Made by a program: the position numbers and the translations under genes. This document shows positions 1 through 9,212 of a stretch of 17,759 bases of DNA, in pieces. Numbering within the stretch: the stretch's first letter is position 1; each line of letters opens with the position of its first letter. Source of the stretch: Verrucomicrobiota bacterium (GTDB lineage: Bacteria > Verrucomicrobiota > Verrucomicrobiia > Chthoniobacterales > UBA6821); contig WBXG01000035.1 of the NCBI GenBank assembly GCA_008932965.1, forward strand, positions 1 to 17,759. The letters run 5' to 3'. Under the pieces are notes generated by a model. That model made no database searches, had not been told where the DNA came from, and saw only the letters and a list, made by a program, of their open reading frames with translations.

Positions 1-362
1 ATTCTACAACCGCCTATCAGGGTGCTGCTCGTGCCTTGAGTCGAGATCATGTGGTCTTGATCAATCAGATCGCAACAGGAGGTTTGCTGCCTGATATTAC
101 TATTTTACTTGATCAGGAGGTCTCTCTTGGACGTGCTCGTTTAAATGAGCGGAATAAAAAAGTAATAACACTAGATCGCATGGAAAAGGAGCCAGAGGCT
201 TTTTATGAAGCTGTACGACAGGAGTATTTAAACCTAGCAGCTGCTAATCCGGATCGTTGGATTGTCATTGATGCTTCTCAGACGCCTCAGCAGGTCACCG
301 AGCAAATCGTGAACGAGCTTCAGAAACGATGCTCTGTTAACGACAGGTTATTTCTTAACTAA
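1..362 (+). CDS. tmk: Thymidylate kinase, C-terminal part (5' end outside window)
   Basis: Frame +3 is open from the window edge. Residues before the track's TTG 'M' read STTAYQGAAR, the Tmk AYQG motif. The remainder has the lid and C-terminal character of Tmk. It is followed by holB, a common tmk-holB synteny. Confidence 0.85.
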   Translation, partial: STTAYQGAARALSRDHVVLINQIATGGLLPDITILLDQEVSLGRARLNERNKKVITLDRMEKEPEAFYEAVRQEYLNLAAANPDRWIVIDASQTPQQVTEQIVNELQKRCSVNDRLFLN

Positions 363-398
363 GCTCACTAGTCTTTTTTTGAATTCTTTCACGTTCTT

Positions 399-1337
399 AT
401 GGCCTTTTCTAAACAAGAAGCTTTTCTACTACTTCAAAAAGCAATCGAAGAGAATCGTCTCGGCCATGCTTATCTTCTTTGTGGGACCTCTCACAAGGAG
501 GTAGGTTTACTCAGTGAAGAAATTGCTTCTAGAATTTTAGGGTGTAGTCTCTTGCATCTTTCGGAACATCCCGATTTCCATTTAGTAGAACCAGAGTCTA
601 AAGCACGCAAGATTCTCACCGAACAGATGCGTCATCTTGAGGAGAAACTCCATCTTAAGCCTCAACAAAGTTCCTATAAAGTTGCTGTCATTTATGATGC
701 GGAGCGAATGGTTCCTGCAGCAGCAAATGCTTTTTTAAAAACACTCGAGGAGCCTCCTGATAAAACGGTTTTATTTTTAGTGACTCTTTTACCAGAGGCA
801 ATCCTTGCAACAATTCGATCACGCTCTCTTGTGATCTCTCTGCACGAAAGAGATGTTGCATTAGAGTCGGAGCTTGAAAAAAAAATAACAACAATCATGC
901 ATGCGTTTTTTAGAGAGGATGCTCCTAAAGATGCTACAGCTGCTTTTCAATGTGTACGGGCTTTTCAAGAATTACTCTCTACTGCCAGAAAAGAAGCTTT
1001 AGAAGAGGCTGAAGAGGAGTTTCAAATTGAAAAAAAACAGTATGGAAAAACAACAGATGGTTCTTGGGAGGATCTTCGTGAAGAGCATTTCAAGGCAACT
1101 GCAGAAGCAGCAGCTTTGGAATCGAGGTCCCTATTGATTGCAGGGGTTACTAACTATTTTGGTTCCTGCTTAAGGAAACTTTATCAGCAACAAAATTCCG
1201 AGATAGATTCCAAAGCAGCATCCCTATTACGTGCCCTAGAAATCGTTGAGTCCCTTCGGAACTCGCTTGAACAGGGGGTGCAAGAGGCTTTAGCACTAGA
1301 AGCAGGATTTTTGGAATTAATGAGGAGTCGATCTTAG
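399..1337 (+). CDS. holB: DNA polymerase III delta' subunit
   Basis: 312 aa with clamp-loader AAA+ motifs: GHAYLLCG, NAFLKTLEEPP and ATIRSRS. It lies immediately downstream of tmk. Confidence 0.85.
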   Translation: MAFSKQEAFLLLQKAIEENRLGHAYLLCGTSHKEVGLLSEEIASRILGCSLLHLSEHPDFHLVEPESKARKILTEQMRHLEEKLHLKPQQSSYKVAVIYDAERMVPAAANAFLKTLEEPPDKTVLFLVTLLPEAILATIRSRSLVISLHERDVALESELEKKITTIMHAFFREDAPKDATAAFQCVRAFQELLSTARKEALEEAEEEFQIEKKQYGKTTDGSWEDLREEHFKATAEAAALESRSLLIAGVTNYFGSCLRKLYQQQNSEIDSKAASLLRALEIVESLRNSLEQGVQEALALEAGFLELMRSRS

Positions 1338-1517
1338 CGTTTTCATGAAAGCTTCCTCTTTTTGTATTTCGAACATAAAAATGTGAATAGAAATTAAAAA
1401 TCTAACACACTCTACTCGTGTTTAATTTTTTTAGATCACATTTTTTCATCCTGTTTTTCGTTTCGATCTGCGTTTTTAGGTTGAATCATTAGGGTATTTT
1501 TTTAATAGTGGCCAGCT

Positions 1518-2309
1518 ATGCCTTTGCACCTCCAGCCTCGTTCTCCAATCGTTCTTAAGTTTGGCACCGGCATTCTAGCTGAACCTGGCGGTTGTGCGAT
1601 TGATCATCTTCAAATAAGCCGTTTTGCAAAAGAAGTAAGTCATCTCATCAAGCAGGGGATCCCTTGTATTCTTGTGAGCAGTGCAGCTATTGCGGCAGGT
1701 GTTCATGCATTAGGTCTTGAGAAGCGTCCTTTAGATATCGCTGGAAAGCAGGCATGTGCTGCTGTGGGCCAACCTGCCTTGATGGCTGCGTATGCCAGAT
1801 GCTTTGTGCATTATGGAATTACTACTGCTCAGTTGCTCTTAACCCATGAAGATATTTTTACCGAGCAGCGGCGCTCCAATGCCCAAGAAACGTTAAAGAA
1901 ACTACTAGCATCTCCGAATGTTCTTCCCATCATTAATGAAAATGATTCTGTGGCTACAGAAGAGTTAAATTTAGGAGACAATGATCAGCTTTCTGCCGAG
2001 GTGGCAATTATGATGAAAGCACGTCTTTTGCTTTTGCTAACTACTTCTGATGGGCTAATGGCTCGAGAAGGAGGTATTGTTCTAAGGCGTATTCCTAAGG
2101 TGATCGACATTCGCGAAATCTTATGTCATGTGACTCCAGAGAAAGGGGAGCATTCTCGTGGTGGTATGATTACTAAACTTAAGGCTGTAGAAGCTGCTAT
2201 GGAGGCCGGTATTGAGACGGTGATTGCTGATGGACGTCAGCCAGGTCAAATTGAAATGGCACTGGCAGGAGAAGATATCGGAACACGCTTCCTGGTTCCA
2301 AAATTATGA
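1518..2309 (+). CDS. proB: Glutamate 5-kinase (short form without PUA domain)
   Basis: 263 aa with amino-acid-kinase motifs VLKFGTG, VSSAAIAAG and IINENDSVATEEL..GDNDQLSA. The protein ends before a PUA domain would begin. Confidence 0.9.
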   Translation: MPLHLQPRSPIVLKFGTGILAEPGGCAIDHLQISRFAKEVSHLIKQGIPCILVSSAAIAAGVHALGLEKRPLDIAGKQACAAVGQPALMAAYARCFVHYGITTAQLLLTHEDIFTEQRRSNAQETLKKLLASPNVLPIINENDSVATEELNLGDNDQLSAEVAIMMKARLLLLLTTSDGLMAREGGIVLRRIPKVIDIREILCHVTPEKGEHSRGGMITKLKAVEAAMEAGIETVIADGRQPGQIEMALAGEDIGTRFLVPKL

Positions 2310-3091
2310 ACAGAGCTTTGCTCTCGTTACGACGTCTCTGGATCCTCGCTTGTATGACGTTTCAGGAGTTAATGCATCAACAAGTAGGGGCTCTCTTTGC
2401 ATTACTTTTTCTCTTTTTTTTAGCTCTAGGAGGGCTCTTGCTCCATTATTCTTTTCAAGAGAGAGGTTGTCTCTTGGAGGAAATGAATGGGGGTCTATTT
2501 TCCCTGTTTTTAAGTCTCTTAGCGATTGTGGTATCAGCTCCCTTACTCATTTCTCATGGTGAAGAGATCATGATTCTAGCTAGAGTTTTGCCCCGTTATG
2601 AATATTTTCTAGGTAGATTTTTGGGAATTCTACTGCTGCTTGTCATAGCTACTGGAAGCTTTGGTCTTCTCATGCTACAGACTTTTTGGAAACCCAACGG
2701 TGAGGGGAGGTTTTTTTTTGTCATGCTACTGGCTTCGTTTTTAAAAGCCTCTCTCCTTGCTGCAATGACCTTACTCATTTCTACGATAGCAAGCTCTTCC
2801 CTTTTTACGATCATGAGTGCCATGGCACTCTATATGATAGGACATCTAGAGAAGAGTGCCTCCATCCTGTTTGTAAATCTCACTTCTTTGCATGGTTGGT
2901 TGCTAAGGATAATTCAGATTCCTTTTATTCTTATTCCTGATCTCTCATTTTTTAACATCATTGAAATGAGGGCTACACCCCTCTCCGAGGATTCTTCTTA
3001 TGTTCTTTCGATGCTACAACTAGGGATCATCTATGGAGGAGTCTATCTCCTCATGGGGTGTTTCCTTTTTCAACGTCGGGAGTTCAAATGA
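2306..3091 (+). CDS. Polytopic membrane protein, ABC-2-type permease-like (no cognate ATPase in window)
   Basis: 261 aa with about 6 hydrophobic helices. The N-terminus (WILACMTFQELM followed by a TM helix) resembles ABC-2 permeases. Its ATG overlaps the proB TGA as ATGA. The family assignment is by eye only. Confidence 0.55.
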   Translation: MNRALLSLRRLWILACMTFQELMHQQVGALFALLFLFFLALGGLLLHYSFQERGCLLEEMNGGLFSLFLSLLAIVVSAPLLISHGEEIMILARVLPRYEYFLGRFLGILLLLVIATGSFGLLMLQTFWKPNGEGRFFFVMLLASFLKASLLAAMTLLISTIASSSLFTIMSAMALYMIGHLEKSASILFVNLTSLHGWLLRIIQIPFILIPDLSFFNIIEMRATPLSEDSSYVLSMLQLGIIYGGVYLLMGCFLFQRREFK

Positions 3092-3819
3092 TCAAAGGGA
3101 GGGTCTCCATTGCTAAGAAACTTCATAAAATATGCAGGGTTGCTCTGCTCTTTCTCTTTTTGAGTAGTGCGATTCTTTTCTGGCAAAGAAATGAGAGCTC
3201 TTTTTTTAAAATAAAAAGTGAGGATTCGTTGGCTCAATTATTTAGTAAAGAGTTGGGAGAATCAGCAAGCGTGGCTCTTCTTGGAGGATTGCGTATTCCA
3301 TTATCGATTTGGTTATGGATGCGAGTGGAAGTTTGTTGGGAAACAAAAGAGTGGAATAAGATGGAACCTCTCTTAGAGCGTATTGTTTTATTGCAACCCC
3401 ATGAGATCATTTATTACACAATGGCTTCTTGGGAACTCGCCTGGAATGCCAGTTGTGGAGTCAACAATGAGGAGGAAAAAGACTATTTTATTAATGCAGG
3501 AAGAAGGTTCCTAGAAAAAGGAATCATGAACAATCCAGAGAGTTCATTGCTGTACGAATATTTAGGAGTGCTTTTGCGGGATCGTTTGCACGATCATGAA
3601 GGTGCAGCTGCTTCTTTTGCGAAGGCATCTACATTACCGGAAGCTCATTCATATTTAAGACGCTTTATCGTTTATGAATTAGCAGCTGCAGGGAATCATG
3701 ACCTGGAGGCCTATGAGCAGCTCCAGATGCTCTATGGGGAGGGAAAGGAAGAGCGTACTCCCTCATTGCTGGCATTAAAAAAAAATCTTGAAGAAAAAAT
3801 CTACAAAAAAAGAAAATAA
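3088..3819 (+). CDS. N-terminally anchored helical-repeat (TPR-like) protein, function unknown
   Basis: I prefer the ATG at 3088 (MIKGRV...), which overlaps the upstream TGA as ATGA, over the track start at 3058. It has one N-terminal TM helix (VALLFLFLSSAILFW) followed by alpha-helical repeat-like sequence and a Lys-rich tail. Confidence 0.5.
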   Translation: MIKGRVSIAKKLHKICRVALLFLFLSSAILFWQRNESSFFKIKSEDSLAQLFSKELGESASVALLGGLRIPLSIWLWMRVEVCWETKEWNKMEPLLERIVLLQPHEIIYYTMASWELAWNASCGVNNEEEKDYFINAGRRFLEKGIMNNPESSLLYEYLGVLLRDRLHDHEGAAASFAKASTLPEAHSYLRRFIVYELAAAGNHDLEAYEQLQMLYGEGKEERTPSLLALKKNLEEKIYKKRK

Positions 3820-3944
3820 GGGGCTGGAAAGTATTGTGAAACCGATTTCGGGTTAACCCATCATCGATTATTTTTCATTAAAAACATATTTTTTGTGTTT
3901 CTTGAGTTTGATTTGAGGCTACCCTCTTTGCTCCTTCTATCCTT

Positions 3945-4937
3945 GTGAATTATCCGCATCATCAACCACGTCGTATTCTTTTAATTAAGCCTAGTTCACT
4001 AGGTGATGTGATTCATACGTTGCCTGTTGTAGCCGCATTACATCAGGCCTGGCCAAAAACGGAAATTCGTTGGCTTATTCATCCTTCTTACAAGGTGCTC
4101 ATCGATCATCATCCTGGTCTTGGGGAACCGATCCCTTTTCCTCGAGATCAATTTCGAGGAATCCTGGGAGGGTATCGCTCTTTACAATGGATTAGTACCT
4201 TGCGTCACTGGCAGCCTGACCTGGTTCTTGATTTGCAAGGGCTTCTACGAAGTGCATTGATGGCGCGATGTTCTGGGGCTCGTCATATTATTGGGTTGAG
4301 CGATGCACGTGAGGGAGCCTCTTTTTTTTATTCTTCCATTGCAAAGGTTGACCCACGCGATCATGCGGTGGAGCGGTATATGAAGGTGCTCGAGGTGTTA
4401 GGACTTTCATCTCAAGCCCCTCTCTTTGAACTTCCCCAAGGCACTATTCCTGCCGGTTTTACCATAGAGAGCCCTTTTGTCGTTGTGCATCCTTATGCTC
4501 GTGGGAAAGGAAAAAATCTGACACAAGAGCAAGTCTTTAGCTTCGCTTCATCCTTAAAAACAATTCCTGTGGTTCTTGTGGGACAAGGGTTGCTAGGTGA
4601 AATAGGAGAATTGGCTCCCCCCAATATTATCGATTGGAGTGGAAGAACCAGTTTGCTAGAGCTTATTGCTCTGTTGCGTCGGGCCTCTTTTGTGATAAGT
4701 TCAGACAGTGGTCCGATGCATCTTGCAGCTGCACTCAACCCCCAAAAGCTGATTGCCATTCACCGTTGGAGCGATCCTCTTCGTGTTGGTCCCTGGGCCT
4801 CATCGGCTCTTGTTTGGAAAGATGGAAAACTTCAATTAACTTCTCAACTCACAGATCAATTGCGACCACCGGGAAGGACCCCTTCTCGAGAGGAAATGAG
4901 AGAGCTCGCAGGATTTGTCTTATCGAAAATTACATAA
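3945..4937 (+). CDS. Glycosyltransferase family 9 (ADP-heptose:LPS heptosyltransferase-like)
   Basis: 330 aa with a GTG start. It carries the GT9 signatures ILLIKPSSLGDVIHTLP near the N-terminus and SDSGPMHLAAAL near the C-terminus. Confidence 0.8.
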   Translation: MNYPHHQPRRILLIKPSSLGDVIHTLPVVAALHQAWPKTEIRWLIHPSYKVLIDHHPGLGEPIPFPRDQFRGILGGYRSLQWISTLRHWQPDLVLDLQGLLRSALMARCSGARHIIGLSDAREGASFFYSSIAKVDPRDHAVERYMKVLEVLGLSSQAPLFELPQGTIPAGFTIESPFVVVHPYARGKGKNLTQEQVFSFASSLKTIPVVLVGQGLLGEIGELAPPNIIDWSGRTSLLELIALLRRASFVISSDSGPMHLAAALNPQKLIAIHRWSDPLRVGPWASSALVWKDGKLQLTSQLTDQLRPPGRTPSREEMRELAGFVLSKIT

Positions 4938-4938
4938 C

Positions 4939-6060
4939 ATGAATTTTTCTCAACACTATGATGAGGCACTTCAAAATCCCTCTGCATCATTGCATGCTTT
5001 TAAAAAACTTCTAGAGCCCTGCAGTAAGGAGGCTTTAGAAATGATGGCTCGTTCTTCAGCAGCGATCACACGTCGTCATTTTGGTCGTACGATGCGCTTA
5101 TTTGCTCCTCTCTATTTATCCAACGAGTGTATTAATTCGTGTGCTTATTGTGGATTTTCAAGAGATAATCCCATTTTACGAGTGACTCTTGATGTTGAAC
5201 AGATGGCCTGTGAAGCTGCTTATCTAACTCAAGAAGGATTTCGCTCTGTGTTGCTCGTTGCAGGAGAGCATCCTAAATTTGTTTCCAGTGGCTATTTAGA
5301 ACTCTGTGTCAAACGCCTTACAGCCCTCTTTCCCAGTATTTTGTTAGAGGTAGCACCCATGGAGGAAAAAGAATATCGTTCTTTGGTGAAGGTTGGAGCT
5401 GAAGGGGTCATTGTTTATCAAGAAACCTACAATAGGAAAACGTACCAGGAGCTTCATACAGCTGGGCCTAAGAAAGATTTTAATGGGCGTCTTGATTCCT
5501 TGCAGCGTGCTTATAGTGCTGGATTTGCTCGATTAGGTCTTGGTGTGTTGTTCGGTCTTTCTGATTGGAGGGAAGAGGCTCTGGCACTTGCAGCACATCT
5601 TTTTTTCTTGCAACGCCATTGCTGGAAAGCCCAGCTTTCTGTAAGCTTACCCCGCTTGCGTCCTGCAGCAGGAAATTTCGAACCTCGTTTTGCTTTTCAT
5701 GATCATGATTTCGCACAGCTTCTTTTTGCACTTCGAATGACCTTCCCTACCATTCAATTAGTCATGAGTACGCGAGAGGAGTCTTTTTTTCGTGATGCCA
5801 TGGCTCCTTTGGGGGTGACGGTGATGAGTGCTGGAAGCCATACTGAGCCTGGTGGCTATACAGGGCAAGGGAAGGATCAGCTACATCACACTATTCGTGG
5901 GAAAGCAGTCCAACCCTCTTGCAGTGCAACAGAAGCTACCGAGCAGTTTGAAATCTCTGATCATCGTTCTCCTGAGACTATTGCACAAATGCTTGTATCA
6001 TTAGGACTCGAGCCAGTCTGGAAAGATTGGGATGCTGGAATTCTAACAACTCATTCCTAA
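4939..6060 (+). CDS. thiH: 2-iminoacetate synthase (radical SAM tyrosine lyase ThiH)
   Basis: It has the radical-SAM cluster CINSCAYCGFS plus LYLSN, VYQETY, SLPRLRP, STRE and PVWKDWD, collinear with E. coli ThiH as I recall it. I prefer the ATG at 4939, 1 nt after the GT9 stop, over the track start at 4915 inside the GT9 gene. Confidence 0.85.
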   Translation: MNFSQHYDEALQNPSASLHAFKKLLEPCSKEALEMMARSSAAITRRHFGRTMRLFAPLYLSNECINSCAYCGFSRDNPILRVTLDVEQMACEAAYLTQEGFRSVLLVAGEHPKFVSSGYLELCVKRLTALFPSILLEVAPMEEKEYRSLVKVGAEGVIVYQETYNRKTYQELHTAGPKKDFNGRLDSLQRAYSAGFARLGLGVLFGLSDWREEALALAAHLFFLQRHCWKAQLSVSLPRLRPAAGNFEPRFAFHDHDFAQLLFALRMTFPTIQLVMSTREESFFRDAMAPLGVTVMSAGSHTEPGGYTGQGKDQLHHTIRGKAVQPSCSATEATEQFEISDHRSPETIAQMLVSLGLEPVWKDWDAGILTTHS

Positions 6061-6260
6061 TGGTCTCTATTCAACTCAATGGAAAGGAACGCTTCGTTGA
6101 AGCTCTCACACTCGTGGAGCTTCTTAAGGAATTGAAGCTTCCCATTTCCACAGTTTTAGTGGAACAGAACGGACTTGCCTTGCTTCGAAGCGAACTTGAG
6201 AAAGCATCCCTCAAATCTGGTGACCAGATTGAAATTCTCAGCGTTGTTGCAGGAGGATAA
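6060..6260 (+). CDS. thiS: Sulfur-carrier protein ThiS
   Basis: 66 aa with a beta-grasp-like sequence ending in VVAGG, the ThiS/MoaD C-terminal Gly-Gly. Its ATG at 6060 overlaps the thiH TAA by 1 nt. The track's earlier start at 6027 lies inside thiH. Confidence 0.8.
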   Translation: MVSIQLNGKERFVEALTLVELLKELKLPISTVLVEQNGLALLRSELEKASLKSGDQIEILSVVAGG

Positions 6261-6265
6261 AAACT

Positions 6266-6727
6266 TTATCTCATACTCATCAACTGCACAACAGCTCCTA
6301 CAATTGTTCCGTAAAGCATGTGAGCTAGGAGTTGAGCAAACCCGGTCATAGGGCCCCTAGAGTGGTAATAGGCTATTGGATGATGTTCCATAATCATGAT
6401 GGAGACGAGTAACATCACCACAACTCCATGGAGTGTTCCCATGAGTAATCCAGTTAATGCATTGAAGGGAATGTGTGAAAGCGTGAGAATAAAATAATAA
6501 ACGTAGGCGAAAATGATCCCTGAAAGAAGGTGAAGAATGAATCCTGGGAGAAAGGAATGATGGACCTTTCGCGTGAGGAGTGTTCCAACGGCACGAATGA
6601 CATCAACTTGTCCAAAGCCTAACCATTTTGGCAGTAACAATGAAAATGTCATGATTGCGGTTCCAACAAGACCGCCTAGAAGAGGTGGTAGCCAATTATT
6701 CATTCCATGACAGTAATGAAATTTCAA
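6266..6727 (-). CDS. Small integral membrane protein (about 4 TM), unknown function
   Basis: 153 aa, His-rich, with four long hydrophobic segments. It lies 44 bp downstream of feoB on the same strand. An alternative start is Met9 (6703). I recognise no family. Confidence 0.6.
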   Translation of the reverse strand: MKFHYCHGMNNWLPPLLGGLVGTAIMTFSLLLPKWLGFGQVDVIRAVGTLLTRKVHHSFLPGFILHLLSGIIFAYVYYFILTLSHIPFNALTGLLMGTLHGVVVMLLVSIMIMEHHPIAYYHSRGPMTGFAQLLAHMLYGTIVGAVVQLMSMR

Positions 6728-6771
6728 TGATTGTCCAAGGCGTTTTTGGAGCTTTTATGTGACACCATCGT

Positions 6772-8928
6772 TCACATCAATCCTAACAATCTTCCTCCTT
6801 GGTAAATCAATAGAGAGGCTAAATAAGCAGCCCCTGTCATATAGCAAAATTGAAAGAGCGGCCAACGCAGGCTGTTCGTTTCACGGCGAACAACCGCCAA
6901 GGTGCTAATACACTGCATGGAGAGAACAAAGAAAACAAGAATCGAGAGACAGGTGAGGGGGGTGTAAACGAGCGTTCCATTAGGACGCTTTTCCTGGATC
7001 AATGTAGTACTAAGCGAATCAGGATGCTCTTCATCGTTCTCCACATGATAGATAATTGCTAGGGTGCTAATAAAGACTTCTCGAGCTGCTTGAGCAGCAA
7101 CGAGCCCGATGCCAATTTTCCAATCAAATCCAAGTGGAGCAATCACAGGTTCTATGAAGTGTCCAAAGTGGCCAGCATAGCTGTATTCAAGCTGAGCCGC
7201 TTTATCTGATGTCGCAGATGCTATAGTATTTTGAGAAGGAGTATTCCCATTCCTCGCATCGGAAGAGGGCTTCTTTGGAAAGCTTGCTAAAAACCAGAGT
7301 AATACAGAAATACCTAAAATGACTGTCCCTGCACGTTTTAAAAACATCTCTGCACGCTGGATCATTTGTAAAAATACATGTTTGAATGCCGGACAGCGAT
7401 AGGGAGGCAGCTCCATTAAAAAAACAGGGGTCTCGCCCTGAAGAATTGTTTTTTTGAAAAGCCAGGCAAAACCAAGTGCTGTAAATGTCCCAAAAAGATA
7501 GAGACCCATCATGATAGCTCCCTGAATCCATATAGAAGCAGTCCCTTTTGGAAAGAGAGCTGCAATCATTAGTGCATAAACCGGAAGTCGTGCCGAGCAG
7601 CTCATGAGTGGCGCTACGAGGATGGTGACGAGACGATCCTTTGCGTTTTCAATAGTGCGTGTTGCCATGATTCCAGGAATGGCACAGGCATAAGAACTCA
7701 AGAGAGGAATAAAGGACTTTCCGTGTAATCCCACCTTGCTCATCACACGGTCCATGAGAAAAGCGGCACGTGCCATGTAGCCTGTGTCCTCAAGTAATCC
7801 GATAAAAAAGAAGAGGACCAAAATCTGTGGCAAAAAAGTAACGACTCCACCGATGCCAGCAATAATCCCATCGGAAATAAGATTTCGTAAGTCACCTTGC
7901 GGTATCATTTCTCTCACAAGATTTCCTAGGAATCCAAAAGTTGCTTCGATCCATGACATCGGATAGGCAGCAATAACAAAAATAGAAAGAAACATGAGGC
8001 CCATGATTCCAAGAAATCCAAACCATCCCCACAGTGGATGTGTTAAGACTTCATCTAAATGATGTGTCATCGCATCACTGGCTACGCTACTGCGTCCTTG
8101 AGCTGCTTGACACAGCTCGGTAATACGGTCGTACCTGGCAGAAACGAGGACCTCCCTCCACAAAGGTAATTCACGATCAAGCATGGATCGTTGTGCCAGT
8201 GCAATGCCGAGTGCAGAACCTGCTCTCATTTCTTTTGATAAAGATTCTATTTCAGCATCTGGAGAGGCCAAGAGAAGGAGAGACTTCATTCGGAGGAGTG
8301 GGTCACGTTGGGATGTTTTTTCTTCTGCATGAGCCCAAACAGCAGCAACCCCATCGATAGCACGCATCCACGGAGAGGGAAGCTTTTGTGCCCAGGAACT
8401 ACGATTGATTTCTGCACGACTCAGTGCAAGCTTGAGAGGAAGTACTGTTTCTTGATGATTGGCCTGACAGGCAATCACAGGAACATCTAATTCTTGAGAG
8501 AGTTTTTGAACATCAATGACGATTCCTTGAGACTGAGCAAGGTCTATCATATTCAAGGCGATGATGGTGGGGAGGCCCAGTTCTAAAACCTGAGTAATGA
8601 AATAGAGGTTGCGCTCCAAATGCGATGCATCCATCACACAGAGGATTCGATCGGGCCTTGGTGTATCACTGCGTAATCCCAGCAAGACATCACGTGTCAC
8701 GCATTCATCTGGGGCATGCGAATTTAAACTATAGCTCCCTGGGAGATCGAGGAGTTCAATTTTTTCACCATGCTGGCCGATAAATTGACCAGATTTTTTT
8801 TCTACAGTAACTCCAGGGTAGTTACCGACTTTTTGTCGTAATCCGGTTAAGGCATTAAACAAGGTCGTCTTTCCGCTATTAGGATTGCCCACAACAGCAT
8901 AACATTTGAAATGTTTCTTAGGATGCAT
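6772..8928 (-). CDS. feoB: Ferrous iron transporter FeoB
   Basis: The N-terminal G-domain has GNPNSGKTTLFNALTG, DLPG and NMID, followed by a large polytopic permease domain. I prefer the ATG at 8928 (MHPKKHFKCYAVVGNPNSGKT). The track start at 8979 is a TTG that overlaps the feoA stop. Confidence 0.9.
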   Translation of the reverse strand: MHPKKHFKCYAVVGNPNSGKTTLFNALTGLRQKVGNYPGVTVEKKSGQFIGQHGEKIELLDLPGSYSLNSHAPDECVTRDVLLGLRSDTPRPDRILCVMDASHLERNLYFITQVLELGLPTIIALNMIDLAQSQGIVIDVQKLSQELDVPVIACQANHQETVLPLKLALSRAEINRSSWAQKLPSPWMRAIDGVAAVWAHAEEKTSQRDPLLRMKSLLLLASPDAEIESLSKEMRAGSALGIALAQRSMLDRELPLWREVLVSARYDRITELCQAAQGRSSVASDAMTHHLDEVLTHPLWGWFGFLGIMGLMFLSIFVIAAYPMSWIEATFGFLGNLVREMIPQGDLRNLISDGIIAGIGGVVTFLPQILVLFFFIGLLEDTGYMARAAFLMDRVMSKVGLHGKSFIPLLSSYACAIPGIMATRTIENAKDRLVTILVAPLMSCSARLPVYALMIAALFPKGTASIWIQGAIMMGLYLFGTFTALGFAWLFKKTILQGETPVFLMELPPYRCPAFKHVFLQMIQRAEMFLKRAGTVILGISVLLWFLASFPKKPSSDARNGNTPSQNTIASATSDKAAQLEYSYAGHFGHFIEPVIAPLGFDWKIGIGLVAAQAAREVFISTLAIIYHVENDEEHPDSLSTTLIQEKRPNGTLVYTPLTCLSILVFFVLSMQCISTLAVVRRETNSLRWPLFQFCYMTGAAYLASLLIYQGGRLLGLM

Positions 8929-8975
8929 TGCTGTGAAGATTGTTCCTGGGTTGCTCGTGGATGGAGTTTGTCTTT

Positions 8976-9212
8976 TCAAGCCTCTCTTTTTTTTACAAGA
9001 ATGGAGGCAGCTTCATTTTGACGTAGGCTAAGACTATAACCGCGCAACCTTATTTCAAGAGGGTCGCCTAGTGGGGCGCGACGTACGAAAACAATAGTGG
9101 TACCTGGCAGAAGTCCCATTTCACGGAGTCGGTTGGCAATACGTTCTTCCTTGGGTAATTCTAAAACAACGGCTTCTTCATTCGGTTGTAATGCGCAGAG
9201 GGAGAGGTTCAT
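8976..9212 (-). CDS. feoA: FeoA-family protein (copy 2)
   Basis: 78 aa, SH3-like FeoA pattern (RLREMGLLPGTTI ... PLEIRLRGYSLSLR). Its ATG overlaps the stop of the upstream feoA as ATGA, and it lies directly upstream of feoB. Confidence 0.8.
   Translation of the reverse strand: MNLSLCALQPNEEAVVLELPKEERIANRLREMGLLPGTTIVFVRRAPLGDPLEIRLRGYSLSLRQNEAASILVKKREA

Noticed and set aside
688-898. Antisense or overlapping ORFs in the track that lie inside longer, homology-supported genes. They are 688-894, 692-898, 2224-2562, 2596-2823, 4493-4759, 4634-4942, 5480-5731, 6850-7062, 7202-7531, 7784-7966, 8308-8490, 10222-10461, 10521-10709, 10982-11320, 11420-11781, 12758-13371, 14300-14494, 14997-15203, 15745-15945, 16100-16575 and 17084-17275.
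   Set aside because: Each lies wholly within a longer ORF that has clear family motifs on the other strand or in another frame. The translations are low-complexity with no recognisable motifs. These are shadow ORFs.
3850-3878. The GGGTTAACCC palindrome followed by ATTTTTCAT as a fused-TIR remnant of the repeat family. A similar case is GGTTGATTTCATACG at 16023-16037.
   Set aside because: The matches are too short and degenerate to distinguish from chance by eye. They are worth including in a genome-wide HMM search, but I do not call them.
3820-3944. A TPP riboswitch upstream of the GT9-thiH-thiS unit.
   Set aside because: The conserved THI-box strings are absent, and there is no non-coding space directly upstream of thiH.
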